NCBI GenBank assembly: GCA_051362555.1
Contig: CM120647.1
Span: 12,004,651 to 12,068,650 of the forward strand
Reading direction: 5' to 3'
Source: Lingula anatina
Taxonomy: Eukaryota > Animalia > Brachiopoda
Length of the DNA stretch: 64,000 bases
The translations under genes and the position numbers were made by a program. The notes under the pieces were generated by a model. It saw only the letters and a list, made by a program, of their open reading frames with translations. It did no database searches and was not told where the DNA came from. Numbering within the stretch: position 1 is the stretch's first letter; each line of letters starts with the position of its first letter. Positions 1 through 12,367 of this stretch are shown in pieces.

Positions 1-204
1 AAGAAACGAAAAAAAGGCTCGTTTTTCATGAATAACTTAGAAAAATACTGTACATCTTCTCTTGGAGGATATACATGTATTTCATGCTCCATTTTAGACA
101 CCATTCAAATATCATTCCAGCAAAACATGCACGTTTCGTCAGTTTGGTCATTATAACTCTTTAAAGGTAATGTTAACACCTTGACATTTAATAAAGCAGT
201 AAGC

Positions 205-430
205 ATATTAAATCATATCAACGCCTTGTAGAGCTTTAACCATACCGAGATAACCAAGGCACTGAGGTATTTACTCAAACATTGAGGTCAAGCGCATACG
301 ATGTGCTTCTAATCTTCACTTGATAATCAGTCGCCAGTTTGGAAATCAAAGCGAAAGCACTAGCTTTACTTAACAGACGTTACTGGCAGCTAGTAGACGT
401 TGAGTCCAAGACCTGTACTGGTATGTGAAC
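205..430 (+). promoter_or_regulatory. Conserved promoter / non-coding first exon block of copy 1
   Basis: Alignable by eye with 11915-12140, 17025-17260 and 35320-35560. Contains AAAGCGAAAG (348-357) and a GTATGT donor-like site at 421. Confidence 0.55.
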
Positions 431-529
431 ATTTCTAACTTAAATATCAAAATTATTTTCAGGATGGGATGCATTCGGTCAGTTACGTAAGTGTAGGGGG
501 GGGGGTGAGTTACGAATGTCATCTGTAGG

Positions 530-2478
530 TTTGTATGGAGACACTGGCAGACGATATCTGTCCTTACGATACAACTTTGTGGAGATGTCCTTGTGGACTC
601 TTTCACCCGGTGTAGAGAAAATTAACATTGACTTACACGAGGTACAGCAAGGTTGTTGGGGTATCTTAAACGTGACTGAACAATTCTGCACCATAGCAAC
701 ACTGTTTCTGAACACAGTTCATGAAAAGGCTGTTACACAGCATCACCTTCAGGACAGTGTTGTTTGTTATAATACACTCGATTTAACCAATTACAAGTTA
801 AGTAGCTATCAATGTTCAAGTGCTTCTGATGTGCCAAAAATTCATTTTTCTTCAGAGGAAAGTAGTATATCAAAGTTTAACGTTTACAAATGGGTACTGA
901 TAGCCATTGCCCTTTACTTCTCACCATTCATATTTGTTTCGCTCCTCCCAAAGCGATTTACAGTTCGCTATTCTCCAGAATGGCTTTGTAAAATGAAAAC
1001 GTTTGAAATCAGTGGCCCGGAAACAGGAACGCCCCTCGATGAATTGTTTTCCTTAGACCCAGAAAACCTGGTGTCCTCCTTAATAGTGGCGTTTTTTATA
1101 TACCTCTTTGCACATATTCCTATCTTTTACGTGGAATATATAAACATGAAATACTACACGGATTGTACACAAACTGTATCACCTTTTTTTGGGTGTCTTT
1201 TGGAATTGTATTCATAGTAACGCTATATCGTACTTGGATTTCTTCAGAAAGTTTTGAAGACTGGATAAACTTAATAGATTCTATATCGCATTTGCCAAAT
1301 ATAGTATTTACTGGGCTTCACTGGATGTGTCCTTGCGAATGGGTGACTCCTGACACAGAGAAGCTGGACTTTGTCTCAAACAGTCTCTTGGGTGATTACA
1401 TTTCACTTCAGAATGTAATAATCAAAAACCTATTAAATGCAATCAACTTTATAAAATTCATAGGTTTTCATTTGGATTTTAGCCGTCATACACCCATCCG
1501 TAGATCTTTACTCGAGGTTTTACTAGGTATTTTAGTCGGAATACCCATCTTTTTGATTTTATTGTTTATTGACCTGATGTTTATTGTGATTAGATGGTCA
1601 CAAAACGGGAATGTTGGCAAGTTAATTAAGTTATTAATTTTTATTCAAAAATTCGGTGTTGCAGCGTATGTTTCATATGTTTTTGCATTATATGTAGCTG
1701 ACTTGATGTCAGTAGTAACTCTAACTTTAGCTGGTGCGATTATAAACCACGACGCTGTATTGAAGTACGTTACATTAATTTTATCCGTGTTTTATTACAT
1801 TTGGCAACCGTTTCATGATATAAAAGAGAAGTACCGTATGTTGAAAGACATTGTATTTAAAGAATGCTCAACAACTGATCTGAAATACATAAAACATGCT
1901 CCAATTCAAACTACAGATGGTTCACAATCACACGCACTGCAAAATAATGAGATGTTACCAATGTCGGCTATCGTTATTAATACAGATACCTCAGTTACGG
2001 CATCTCTCCTTCCAAAAAGCACTGAAGAGGAAGTCGGTGATAGTAGAAACGCACAAGCAGCCAACAGCCAACAATCGCCTACTGCAGAGCAAGTCGGACA
2101 ACAATACGCTTTTTTATACACATCAGATGAAAAAGGTTGGGAGCGTATCCCTAAAGACTTATGTATTTCCATTTAAAACAATTACTTCCTTTCGACCTAT
2201 GCATCGCAAAGGCATGCATCAATTCCATTGCCGCGGTTGCTATGGTAATCTTTTTTATATTAACAGTAATGGATTTTCGTAACGTTTCGGAATTACAACT
2301 CAGCGGTCAGGGAATCGTTTCCTTCATCACCGCGGCCATTCCGAAACTTGTGCTTGGCTTTATCAACACGGGACTTAGCAAAGATGCTCTTAAGCGTAGT
2401 TGGGAGGTTTCTATCCGTAAAACTATCAAAACATATGTAAAAGACAACGATATTCCCGACCCAAGGGGTGTAGAGTAA
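530..2478 (+). pseudogene. Orphan multi-pass membrane protein family, copy 1 (5'-deleted, two frameshifts)
   Basis: ORFs 516-1217, 1163-2176 and 2161-2478 join into one protein colinear with 12368-14899 (GDxGRRxLSLxYNFVEMSLWTLSPGV...LAGAIIN...PFHD...KRSWEV...IPDPR). Single-base deletions at ~1184-1190 (T7 run) and ~2175. The first ~100 codons, including the signal peptide, are absent. Confidence 0.85.
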
Positions 2479-2870
2479 TATAAGACATATGATTTTGTTT
2501 CTTTGTAAATTTAGGCAATACGCATGTAGTATACAATCTTTGTCTTATAGAAGATTGTGAAGAATAACCAAAGGATTGTTGTCACTGATTTTGTTATTTG
2601 TAAGTTAACACTCGCCGTCACAGGACAAAAATGAGATATTTAGCTGTGAACATCCAGTGAAAAATATTCCTTTTGTAGCCCTGATAAAGGGATGTGTATA
2701 GCCATGTATCCTGTTAGGGTTTGGAATCTAGGAAGCGGGAATTTTTCAAACATTATTTTCCTCTTTCTGTCCTCTTCATATTCCTGATGCATTAATTATA
2801 TATATATTTTTTAATTGTATGTCATTTATGTATAAACAGTGATACTGTATGCTTACACTGTAATTAATGT

Positions 2871-2925
<55 letters not shown>

Positions 2926-2951
2926 TTTTGTATAGAAACATTCATGAAAAG

Positions 2952-4550
2952 AAATTCAATTTTTCCTCCGTTAATCATCTTATCATCACAAAAAGTATAC
3001 TACCTGTACTTCAAGTAAACGGTGGATTGGTTAACATTTTTTGTACAAATAAAGGTGTTTGATATTGTTATGACATTGATTGAAACGTACGCTTTGTTTA
3101 TACAAGGGATGAGAGGCAGCATAGAACTACCATGTTTACAAAAGTGTACTCCATTTATGAATATTTTCTGTAAATACGTGTGCAGTGTTACTGAATAATA
3201 CTATTTGTAGTTGGCTGATAATAAGTAATCTGCTGTGTTGTTGTGAAGCACAATATTTCACCGATTTAAACAAATATAAATTTAATGTTATTACTTATTC
3301 ATGTAAAACAGGTTAAAAGTGAAAAAAAAATGAATAAGAAGGAGGGGGAGATACCACAAATTATCAGTACAATATAAATATATCTAAACATAATATCAAG
3401 TTACTTTTTCTCATTTTGTTTATCTTATTTCAGTATGAACACCTTTTTATTTAAGTTCATTGGACTATATCACTTCGCCCCACCCCCCCATCTCCTCCCC
3501 CGGTCAGTTATTGTATGACTATCCTGGATATCTGTACTGTGACCTTCTTCCGAGAAGAGGGGCTTAGCTTGCTTTCTATCAATAAAAGGGGCTGCCCAGA
3601 CCTATTAATCATTACCGTCTTCCAAGAAAAGGGGCGTACATAGACCTATCAATCATTAATAAAAACACCATTCAGTACATTCTTAATCATGTCGGTTCAA
3701 TAAACAATTCGGATTTTCTAATTAAAAAGGCAAATTATATTAATATTGATGAAGAGAAATTAAATTTTTCCTCCGTTAATCATCTTAACATCGACAAGAA
3801 GTATACTACCTGTACTTCAAGTAAACGGTGGGTCGGTCGACAATTTTAGTACAAATAAAGGTGTTTGATATTGTTATGACATTGATTGAAACGTACGCTT
3901 TGTTTATACAAGGGATGAGAGGCAGCAAAGAACTACCATGTTTACAAAAGTGTACTCCATTTATGAATATTTTCTGTAAATACGTGTGCAGAGTTACTGA
4001 ATAATATTGTTTGTAGTTAGCTGATAATAAGTAATCTGCTGTGTTGTTTTTATGCTTGCGAAGCACAATATTTCACACATTTAAACAAATATAGATTTAA
4101 TGTTATTACTTATTCATGTAAAACAGGTTAAAAGTGAAAAGAAAGGAATAAGAAGGAGGGGGAGATACCACAAATTATCAGTACAATATAAAATAGATCT
4201 AACCATAATATCAAGTTACTTTTTTTCATTTTGTTTATCTTATTTCAGTATGAACACCTTTTTTATTAAAGTTCATTGGACTATATCACTTCGCCCCCCC
4301 CATCTCCTCCCCCGGTCAGTTATTGTATAACTATCCTGGATATCTGTACTGTGACCTTCTTCCGAGAAGAGGGGCTTAGCTTGCTTTCTATCAATAAAAG
4401 GGGCTGCCCAGACCTATTAATCATTACCGTCTTCCAAGAATAGAGGCGTACATAGACCTATCAATCATTAATGAAAACATCAATCGATTCATTCTCAATC
4501 ATGTCGGTTCAATAAACAATCCGTATTTTTTAATTTAAAAGGCAAATTAT
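2952..4550. repeat. Direct tandem duplication, two ~800-bp units
   Basis: tttttcctccgttaatcatctt...gtatactacctgtacttcaagtaaacggtgg begins at ~2952 and again at ~3756, and the units stay near-identical to their ends. Confidence 0.9.
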
Positions 4551-5571
4551 TGGTGCTTATGTAGCCCTTATCCAGCCCTAGGCAACATTACAATTTTGAG
4601 TCATGAAATATGTATCAATTACAAGAATCGGTTGATTTTTATATCAGAATTGTCGAAAAGAAAGAATTTAAGAGACATACCACACCATGGCCTCATGCTG
4701 GTTCTCTTTATTTTAGCGCGAAAATAATTTCGAATCGAAATTCAGAGAAGAATTTTATCAGCTGTGTTATGTTATGAGAATGATGAGATTTGTCTTCGGT
4801 CAACAGCTACATATTGAAAAGTTTTTACCTCCAATATTTCGATGTCTGAAATTCACATTTTAAGATGAACCCATTAACTTTTTAATGATTTCATATATTA
4901 ATTAAACTTCCAGCGCTTAAAAGACCTACAGAAATAACTTGTTTGCTACCGCGGTGCCTGATTGTGCTCTGACGGTTTCTTCTCTACAGCAATTCACGGG
5001 CAATCACACCTGCTTTATTTCTTTAATATGGAATGACTGATATATATGGCTGATATTTTGTAATTGTGTTATAAATGTGCGCAGGGCTCACTTAAGCTGT
5101 TTATTTACAGTCCAAAGGCACAGTTCAATAAGTATGCGACATGATAGATAACTAGAGGGTGAAGGGGGGGGTCTAGACTTAATTTTTGGGTTTTGAGAGA
5201 AGAACTGTCAGTCTTAACAACGTTTTTTGTCCTGGCAATTTCAGATGATACTTTATCGTGGTGAAATATTTGTGGAAATAGTTTCAACTGCTTTGTCCAA
5301 TGTAATTCAGGAGAGCGTATGCCAAGTTACAAACGTACGTGGTTAGTCGCTGTTATATGCAACTATTCCACTGCAAAAATAATACTTGGCAAGAGGTAGA
5401 GAAGAAAAAATCGCTTCTCGGGATTAGGCCTCACAAATGTTAATTTGGACATATGTGCTCATAAATCTGAGGCCCAAGAATGCAAACAGTGAATCCGGGC
5501 GTGCTTGTATGTTTCATATTGCACAGTGCAGATAGGGGTGTGGGTGAGTAATGATTCTGTACAGTAGTTCG

Positions 5572-5602
<31 letters not shown>

Positions 5603-5679
5603 ACGCAATGATAATAAAAAACAGTCAAAAACATGCAAAAGTAATTCAGAAACCATCAATATAGGGATAAATGCGGTGC

Positions 5680-6378
5680 AATGCTCTTTGAACAAATGGA
5701 ATGTCATAGCAATACGAACTTTTATCAATACGAAAATAAACGAGGTATTTGGCTTTTTATTTAAAAACAATCCAATTCAATCCCAACATGTAAAAAACAC
5801 AGACTGAATTTGACAAAAATGCGTAAATAACTTAAGCTTGATTACAGCTGAAAAGATCGTATGAAATTCTGTCTACTGCTCGTCGTATGTTTTTTATTTC
5901 TTTTTTGTTGCCCATTTCTAAAGGACATTGTAGTACAGATAATTTCATGGCGCCGTAAACATTTCGCATCATGTGTCGACAAAGGCATGCCATCTCAATA
6001 CAGAAGTTAACAATATAAAATAAACTTGGTGCTATGCTCTTGAAAAGAATGGGATGTCAAAGCTATACAGAAATTTATCAATACGAAAATAAACCAGGTG
6101 TTTGGCTGTTTACTTAAAAGAAATCCAATTTAATCCCAACATCTTACACAAATACACAGACACACTCGCACACAAACTGAATTTGGCAAAAATGCGTAAA
6201 TAACTTGAGTCTGATTTCAGCTGAGAAGATTGTATGAAGTTATGTTTACTGCTTGTTGTATGTTTTTTATTTATTTTTTTGTAGTCCATTTTTAAAGGAC
6301 ATTGTGAACAGATAATTTCATAAACATTCTGTAGCATGTGTATTGATTTATATCCATCCAATGCAATTCCAACATCTT

Positions 6379-6418
<40 letters not shown>

Positions 6419-6500
6419 AATTCGCCAAAAATCTAAGTAAACTTTTTCAGCTAAAGACATTGTATGAAGTCCCGTCTACCGCTTGTCGATTGATTTCCCC
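5680..6500. repeat. Diverged ~355-bp tandem duplication with (CA)n tract
   Basis: tttatcaatacgaaaataaac...tccaatt...ctgaattt..caaaaatgcgtaaataactt is seen at ~5720 and ~6075, with a partial third unit from ~6350 and (CA)n at ~6380-6416. Confidence 0.7.
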
Positions 6501-6796
6501 TTTTATTATATGCCAGAAACGGCGGAATACTGGTTGTCGTTCGTGGTGAGTAGTAATAAGTACAAAAATTTAAATGTTTCAAATAACTCAAGAATTCATT
6601 TTTGTGCAGAAGAAGGATGGATATCCCAGATAACCTCTTTTAGAGTCATTATCCAATATAACACTTGGTACCGTTGCTATTTTAAAATCCTTTTACTTCC
6701 AAAGCAATTTACTTTTCTCTATTCTGGAAACTGGTTTATTTACCTGATAAAGAGCTTTCCTTGGACTCAGAAAATCGGGCCTCTTCCTTTAAAGTG

Positions 6797-6837
<41 letters not shown>

Positions 6838-7029
6838 CTTTATTGAGATATTGCAACCGTGAGGGTTGAAGTTATACATATATTTATTTTATTTAAAAAC
6901 GTACACCGTACCTGTCGATCAGATTTTAATGGACACAACTTGACAATGATTGCTATCTGGAACAGAGGTAAAGTAAGTAATTGTAACATGAGACTGTACA
7001 TACAGAATAATCCTACCCCCCCCCCCCCA

Positions 7030-7760
7030 TACGCACAGATTTTTAAAATTCCCAGCAAAATGTAGACTAATGCAAGAGATGAAGGACAGCGTAATTATAG
7101 CATATGTACCACACATCGCAGCTTAATTTCCATTAATAATAAAATCATCATTTAGTCAGAAATATTCTCGCAATTAAAAAACGTTTCAATATTCTTATTA
7201 CCCAGAACGGTATATTTATTTAAAAGGAGGCTAGCTTCGCATATGTGGAACCCCCTTCAAAAAATCCTGGATCCACCTCTGAGTTGAACTAACATAAGGT
7301 TTCATTCACCTTACATGTGGATGCATGGCTCCCAAGAACAACCAATTGTACGACACGACAGAGCTCTGATACATCTAAGTTTAATTATTTGTTTGTAAAA
7401 ATTTCCCATGTCACCCTGTTAGTTTGGAGGGGTAAGCTGGGTCAAGTCCGTGCCAAAATTCTTTGAAGCTTTGCAGGAAAAATTCTTCCTTTGTTTCTCT
7501 AGCTCCTTCTTAAACCTGGTGTCCAGATTTTATCTAGTGCCCCCAGGGTTGCGGGAGCTGCTCTTTGAAAATTACACTCAGGCAGATTTTTACCTGAGAT
7601 AAATATTGCCAGCGAGAATGCGTTCGATATTCTCAAGAAAGAGGGTACAGAAGAGTTGAGGGCCACTGAACCCTCCAATATTAAGAGGTAAAGGAAGTTC
7701 CAGTTAGATGGACGATTAAGATAGGACTTGTTACAGGCATTGTTTACCTCAGTTGGCAAG
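7030..7760. repeat. Interspersed repeat also present at ~29490-30290
   Basis: Long colinear similarity between the two sites (gtcaccctgttagtttggagg...gcaggaaaaattcttcctttgtttctctag...gaggtaaaggaagttccagttagatgg). Confidence 0.75.
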
Positions 7761-8328
7761 GCGGGGGGAGGGGGGGTCAGAACAATTGTGCCTATACAGT
7801 TGATACAGAGGATATGTGCATACAGGTGACTTTAATAAGCAGAGGATTTTCTTTTATATTTCGTGAAAAATACACTAAATTTATATAAAATAATATCATG
7901 GTTGGCCAAAAAATTGTACGCACAGTGCATCCGTGCGTATGCCTAGTTACGCCTACTATTAGTAGGCTGCGCTTGGGGGAAAATTTCCTATAGGATCCTA
8001 TAGGAAATTGTTGTAAGTTAAAATCTTGAGAAAAATACATATCTTATAAACAAATATCATTCTAAACAAAAGATATTTGATATAGGTCAATTTTATCAGT
8101 GGAATTGTCAATTATATATCACTGTTAAAGCAAAAATGCTTTTTATTGTTTATAATGCACAATCTTATAGTCTTCTATAGGATTCTATAGAAATTCTTTA
8201 ATTTCTATTTTAAAGAAATCTTGAAAAATTGATCATTTGTAAAATAATCTTTTATGGAGAAATATTTTATCATTAGGCATGTTTTTGTACCAAATCATTG
8301 AAGCTGAAATTATTTTTAAAAATTTATG

Positions 8329-9045
8329 TTCAGACCATTACAAAAATTCCTATAGGATCCTATAGGAAATCTTATAGGAATTTCTATAGGAACCTATAGG
8401 GAATCTTATAGGAATTTCTATTGGAACCTATAGAAAACCCTATGCTAATTCATATAGGGAATTTTTATAAGGCCGGGTTGAATGAAAAATAATGAATCTG
8501 GTTTAAATATCAGTATATGATTTTGATTTTTAATTTATGTTCAGAATATTACAAAAATTCCTATAAGATCCTATAGGAAATCTTATAGGAATTTCTATAG
8601 GAACCTATAGGAAATCCTATGCTAATTCATACAGGAATTTTTATAAGGCCGGGTTGAATGAAAAATAATGAAACTGGTTTAAATATCAGTATATGATTTT
8701 GATTTTTAATATATCTTCAGAACATTACAAAAAATTCCTATAGGATCCTATAGAAAATCTTATAGGAATTTCTATAGGAACCTATAGGAAATCCTATGCT
8801 AATTCATATAGGGAATTTTTATAAGGCCAGGTTATATGAAAAATGATGAAACTGGTCTAAATATCAGTATATAATTTTTAATATATTTTCAGACCATTAC
8901 AAAAATTCCTATAAGATCCTATAGGAAATCTTATAGGAATTTCTATAGGAACCTATAGGAAATCCTATGCTAATTCATATAGTGATTTTTTATAAAGCCG
9001 GGTTGAATGAAAAATAATGAAACTGGTCTTAATATCAGTATATAA
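8329..9045. repeat. Tandem array of four ~172-211-bp units rich in palindromic CCTATAGG
   Basis: Units start at ~8331, 8542, 8718 and 8890 (cagaccattacaaaaattcctataggatcctataggaaatcttatagg...). Confidence 0.9.
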
Positions 9046-11114
9046 TGTATTTTTACTTTTTGTGTGATCATATTCACTTACTTCATATTTCTTCTATTAT
9101 ATTGCACGTCAACCTTATCTAATCGGATTTTACTTGACCTTGGCTGTTTTAAAAAGTGAAAGTGCAATCATGCCTAATATATAAAATATAATGGAAAAGT
9201 ATAAGTGAACATTATGGGTATAGTACTGTCCCTCATAAAGGATGGGAAACGGGGACAAATTAAAATAATATAAAGATACATTTTATTATAAACCATGCTC
9301 AATCACTTGTAAGGTTTAACAGTCAACTGATGTTAGCTAGAGAATGCCCTACTCCACCAGCCATAACCACAGATTCAACAACTGTGAATTTCTTTTGTTA
9401 GCCTGGCACCTATTATTAGGTCACTACTCCTGAAGCTTTTGTTATGAGACAAGCAGCAAATGAGTATACAGCTATCAAGACAGTTTAAATTCAGGAACAT
9501 AGTGGAAGGGTCCAGAGTGTAGAAAAATCGGATTGAGGAAGGTATGTATTACAGTAATGCATTGGATCATTTGGGCATCTAATCAAATTGAAAATGAGAT
9601 AATTAATTGATCTAATTTGTAGTGTACCTTGTAAACATCATATATATATATATGCATTAAACAAGTTATAATTTATAATGAAGAAACAAGGATACATAAT
9701 GCAATCATTGTTTAGTCTCTTTATTTCTTATAAAACTGTTCATATTTCTAATTGTTCATATTTCTTTAAATGCAGTTGAATCTAAAAAAAATTACATTTC
9801 ATTTAACTTTTGGTTTGTGATTTATTAAAAATTATCTATTTAATGTTATCCACAACTGCCTCCAAGGGACCATCATGATATATAACTGAGGAAGACCCAT
9901 GCTAATAAATAACATACAATTAACATGTTAGAGGGGCTGTCAGGGCAAATTTCATTACCTCACACGTTCTTCAGGATCGTTTATTTGCCAAGTTTTCTTT
10001 CCCTTTAATTTTTTTCAACCCTTAATGTGAGGTAAACACCATAGTTTGTTTAAAAATATTTTTTGCTAACCTATACATAATGGAAATGAAATGTGCATTG
10101 TGAAAATCTGACCATTTTGCTTACACAAAAGCTATAAATTTTAACTTGGGGATTGCTTTTTTGTGGTTTGGACTGATGATTTAGGTCAAGCAAAGACTGG
10201 TGAGAATAGGGAATTACTGTTTACCCTCGGAAATGAGTTTTCCTTATAGTTTTTGGGAATTTTTTGGCCCTGGCAGCTCTGTAATGGCCCAATTGCATAT
10301 TTAACCAGAGTAGAGTTTTCTCCACTGCAAATGTCTGCATTTTAAAATTCATTTCTGATTGTTCCTGTGGACTTGGTCCTATGAAATATGTTCATGTTCT
10401 TCATATTTTTTTTTACAAATTATCCAGCTTTAATACCTTGTCTTTGAAAAAAATTCAGTTAAGTAATAAAGGCTATGGATTGCTCAAAATAGAATTGGTG
10501 CAATGAATATTATTGATCTCATTAGAAAATTTTTCCTTCATCATTTTGCATTTTTGTAGACATGTGCAATTAATTGAAATTCACAATGTCTATCTTTCAG
10601 AATACATCCGCAAATGGTTCAACACAACTCAGACGGAGGTTAAGAAGGCCATCACAGTAAAGTTGAACAATGTGCAAAAGACTTATCACAGTAAAGTTGA
10701 ACAATGTGCAAAAGACTTCAATTATTAAGTGACTAAAGCAGTATGCTGACAATGGACACGGTCTGGCCAAGGGAGGTTTTAGCCACTCATTCTGGCAGGA
10801 GTTCGAACTCACACAAGAAAAAGACAGTGACGCCACAGCTTGACAAGACATATTGGATACTTGTGATAACTTATAGAACTTATAATTAAAAAGCAGTAGC
10901 AACACCATTAAATTTGCAAAAATCTATAAAAGAATTCTCTAGTAAGCTGGTTGCAAACCATACTGTGGAATATGTACATACATTTATACATATTGAATAA
11001 AGAATGTAAACATGATATTTTCTTTTGTTTTGAGGGACCAGTGCCTATTACCAATTTTGCCAAAGATCCAACAATATATAAAAAGCTGTAAAAATATTCA
11101 AAGCAGTTAATATG

Positions 11115-11262
11115 AATTTCTATAGGTTCCTATAAGATTTCCTATAGGATCCTATAGGATTTCCTATAAGATTTCCTATAGGATTTCCTATAGGATCCTA
11201 TAAGATTTCCTATAGGATCCTATAGGATTTCCTATAGGATCCTATAGGATTTCCTATAGGAT
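11115..11262. repeat. Short-period (10-12 bp) CCTATAGG/ATTT minisatellite
   Basis: Repeated cctataggat(tt) and cctataagattt units, directly visible. Confidence 0.9.
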
Positions 11263-11914
11263 GGGGTATGATACTCTGTAATGCGATCTGACACACACCT
11301 TGAAAACGGGTATGTGGTCTGATATACCGGTTTATTCTGGATCCACAGGGTGGAAAATGAGCTAGGTTATTTTCCGCCATTCGAACATAATATTTGGCAC
11401 GGGTTAGAGAAGAAAATGGCCCTTCCCTGTGCAGCAGATTTCATTAATGTTTTTTTTTTGTATTTAACAATGGCCCACAAAGCTGAGGCTCGAGTTATTA
11501 AACATTTAATCTGTTTATAAGGTCTGTCCGTTTCTCATTTCATAAAGTCCAGATGGGTGTTGGTGCGCAGTGACTCTGTACAGTGCGTCCACTAACATTC
11601 TGGCTTGCGCGTGCGCACACACACAAAGGTACACAAAATGTATATATAACCTGAGCTGGTTTCAGCTGAGGGTCCCGCCTACTGCTTGTCGTGTGTTTTT
11701 CATTTCTTTTACAGTACCTCTCAAGAATGCTGTAATACAAGCCGATTTCTCAAGAATGCTGTAATGCAAGCCAATTTCTCAAAAATGCTGAAATACAAGC
11801 CAGTTCATAGCGACGTGAACATTATCTTGCAACAAAACATTCTATAGAAACCATATATCAACACTATGCAGTGATTCATCAATGTGAAAAAGAAACAAGG
11901 TGTTAGAATCGTGA

Positions 11915-12344
11915 ATAAAAATAAAACCTCAACGCCATGTGGAGTTTTAACAAGCGAAGCGCTGGGTTATTAACTCAGGTATTAACGTAACGCACTGTTG
12001 GGCTCACTTGTGGTAACTCGCCTTCTGGAAGTTGAAGTGAAAGCACCGGCATTACCGAACAGACGCTCAAGTTTTTGTGACATCACTAACGCACCTGTGA
12101 AACTGTTCAGCTGACGACAAAATTGGTAACGGTATGTGGACATTTTTGAAAGGCTATAATAATAACTGCCGAATTAGGGTGATTTGCCATCGTTTTGTAA
12201 AATGTACTCTTACGAAAGACATGTTTATGTTTAATTATATATGTTAAGTGGCCTATACTCTAGGATTTTGATGCATATTGCAGTTTATGATAAATCATAT
12301 TTGATGTCATTTTAAATAGAAAAAATGTTTACACTTTCTTACAG
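11915..12344 (+). promoter_or_regulatory. Promoter, non-coding exon 1 and first intron of copy 2
   Basis: Block conserved among paralogs, with GAAGTGAAAG at 12034-12043. Donor GTATGT at 12132 and acceptor tttcttacAG ending at 12344, just upstream of the ATG at 12368. Confidence 0.6.
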
Positions 12345-12367
12345 ATCTGGATATTACTCAGAGCGTG

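Larger units (their letters stand above)
7975..11266. mobile_element. Non-autonomous DNA transposon relic with CCTATAGG-rich subterminal arrays (EnSpm/CACTA-like, tentative)
   Basis: The left arrays (7984, 8345-9000) and the right array (11115-11260) are built from the same CCTATAGG/CTTATAGG motifs in opposite orientation. A BEN-domain-like exon remnant lies inside at 10601-10690. Exact ends and TSD were not resolved. Confidence 0.5.

Noticed and set aside
516-2478. Three separate genes, or programmed frameshifting, in copy 1
   Set aside because: The ORFs are colinear pieces of one paralog. Both shifts are single-base deletions absent from copies 2 and 4, and the 5' end is missing. The T7 shift alone could be a sequencing error.
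8329-9045. CRISPR-like appearance of palindromic repeats at regular spacing
   Set aside because: The sequences between the palindromes are themselves repeated (no unique spacers), there are no cas genes, and the context is eukaryotic.
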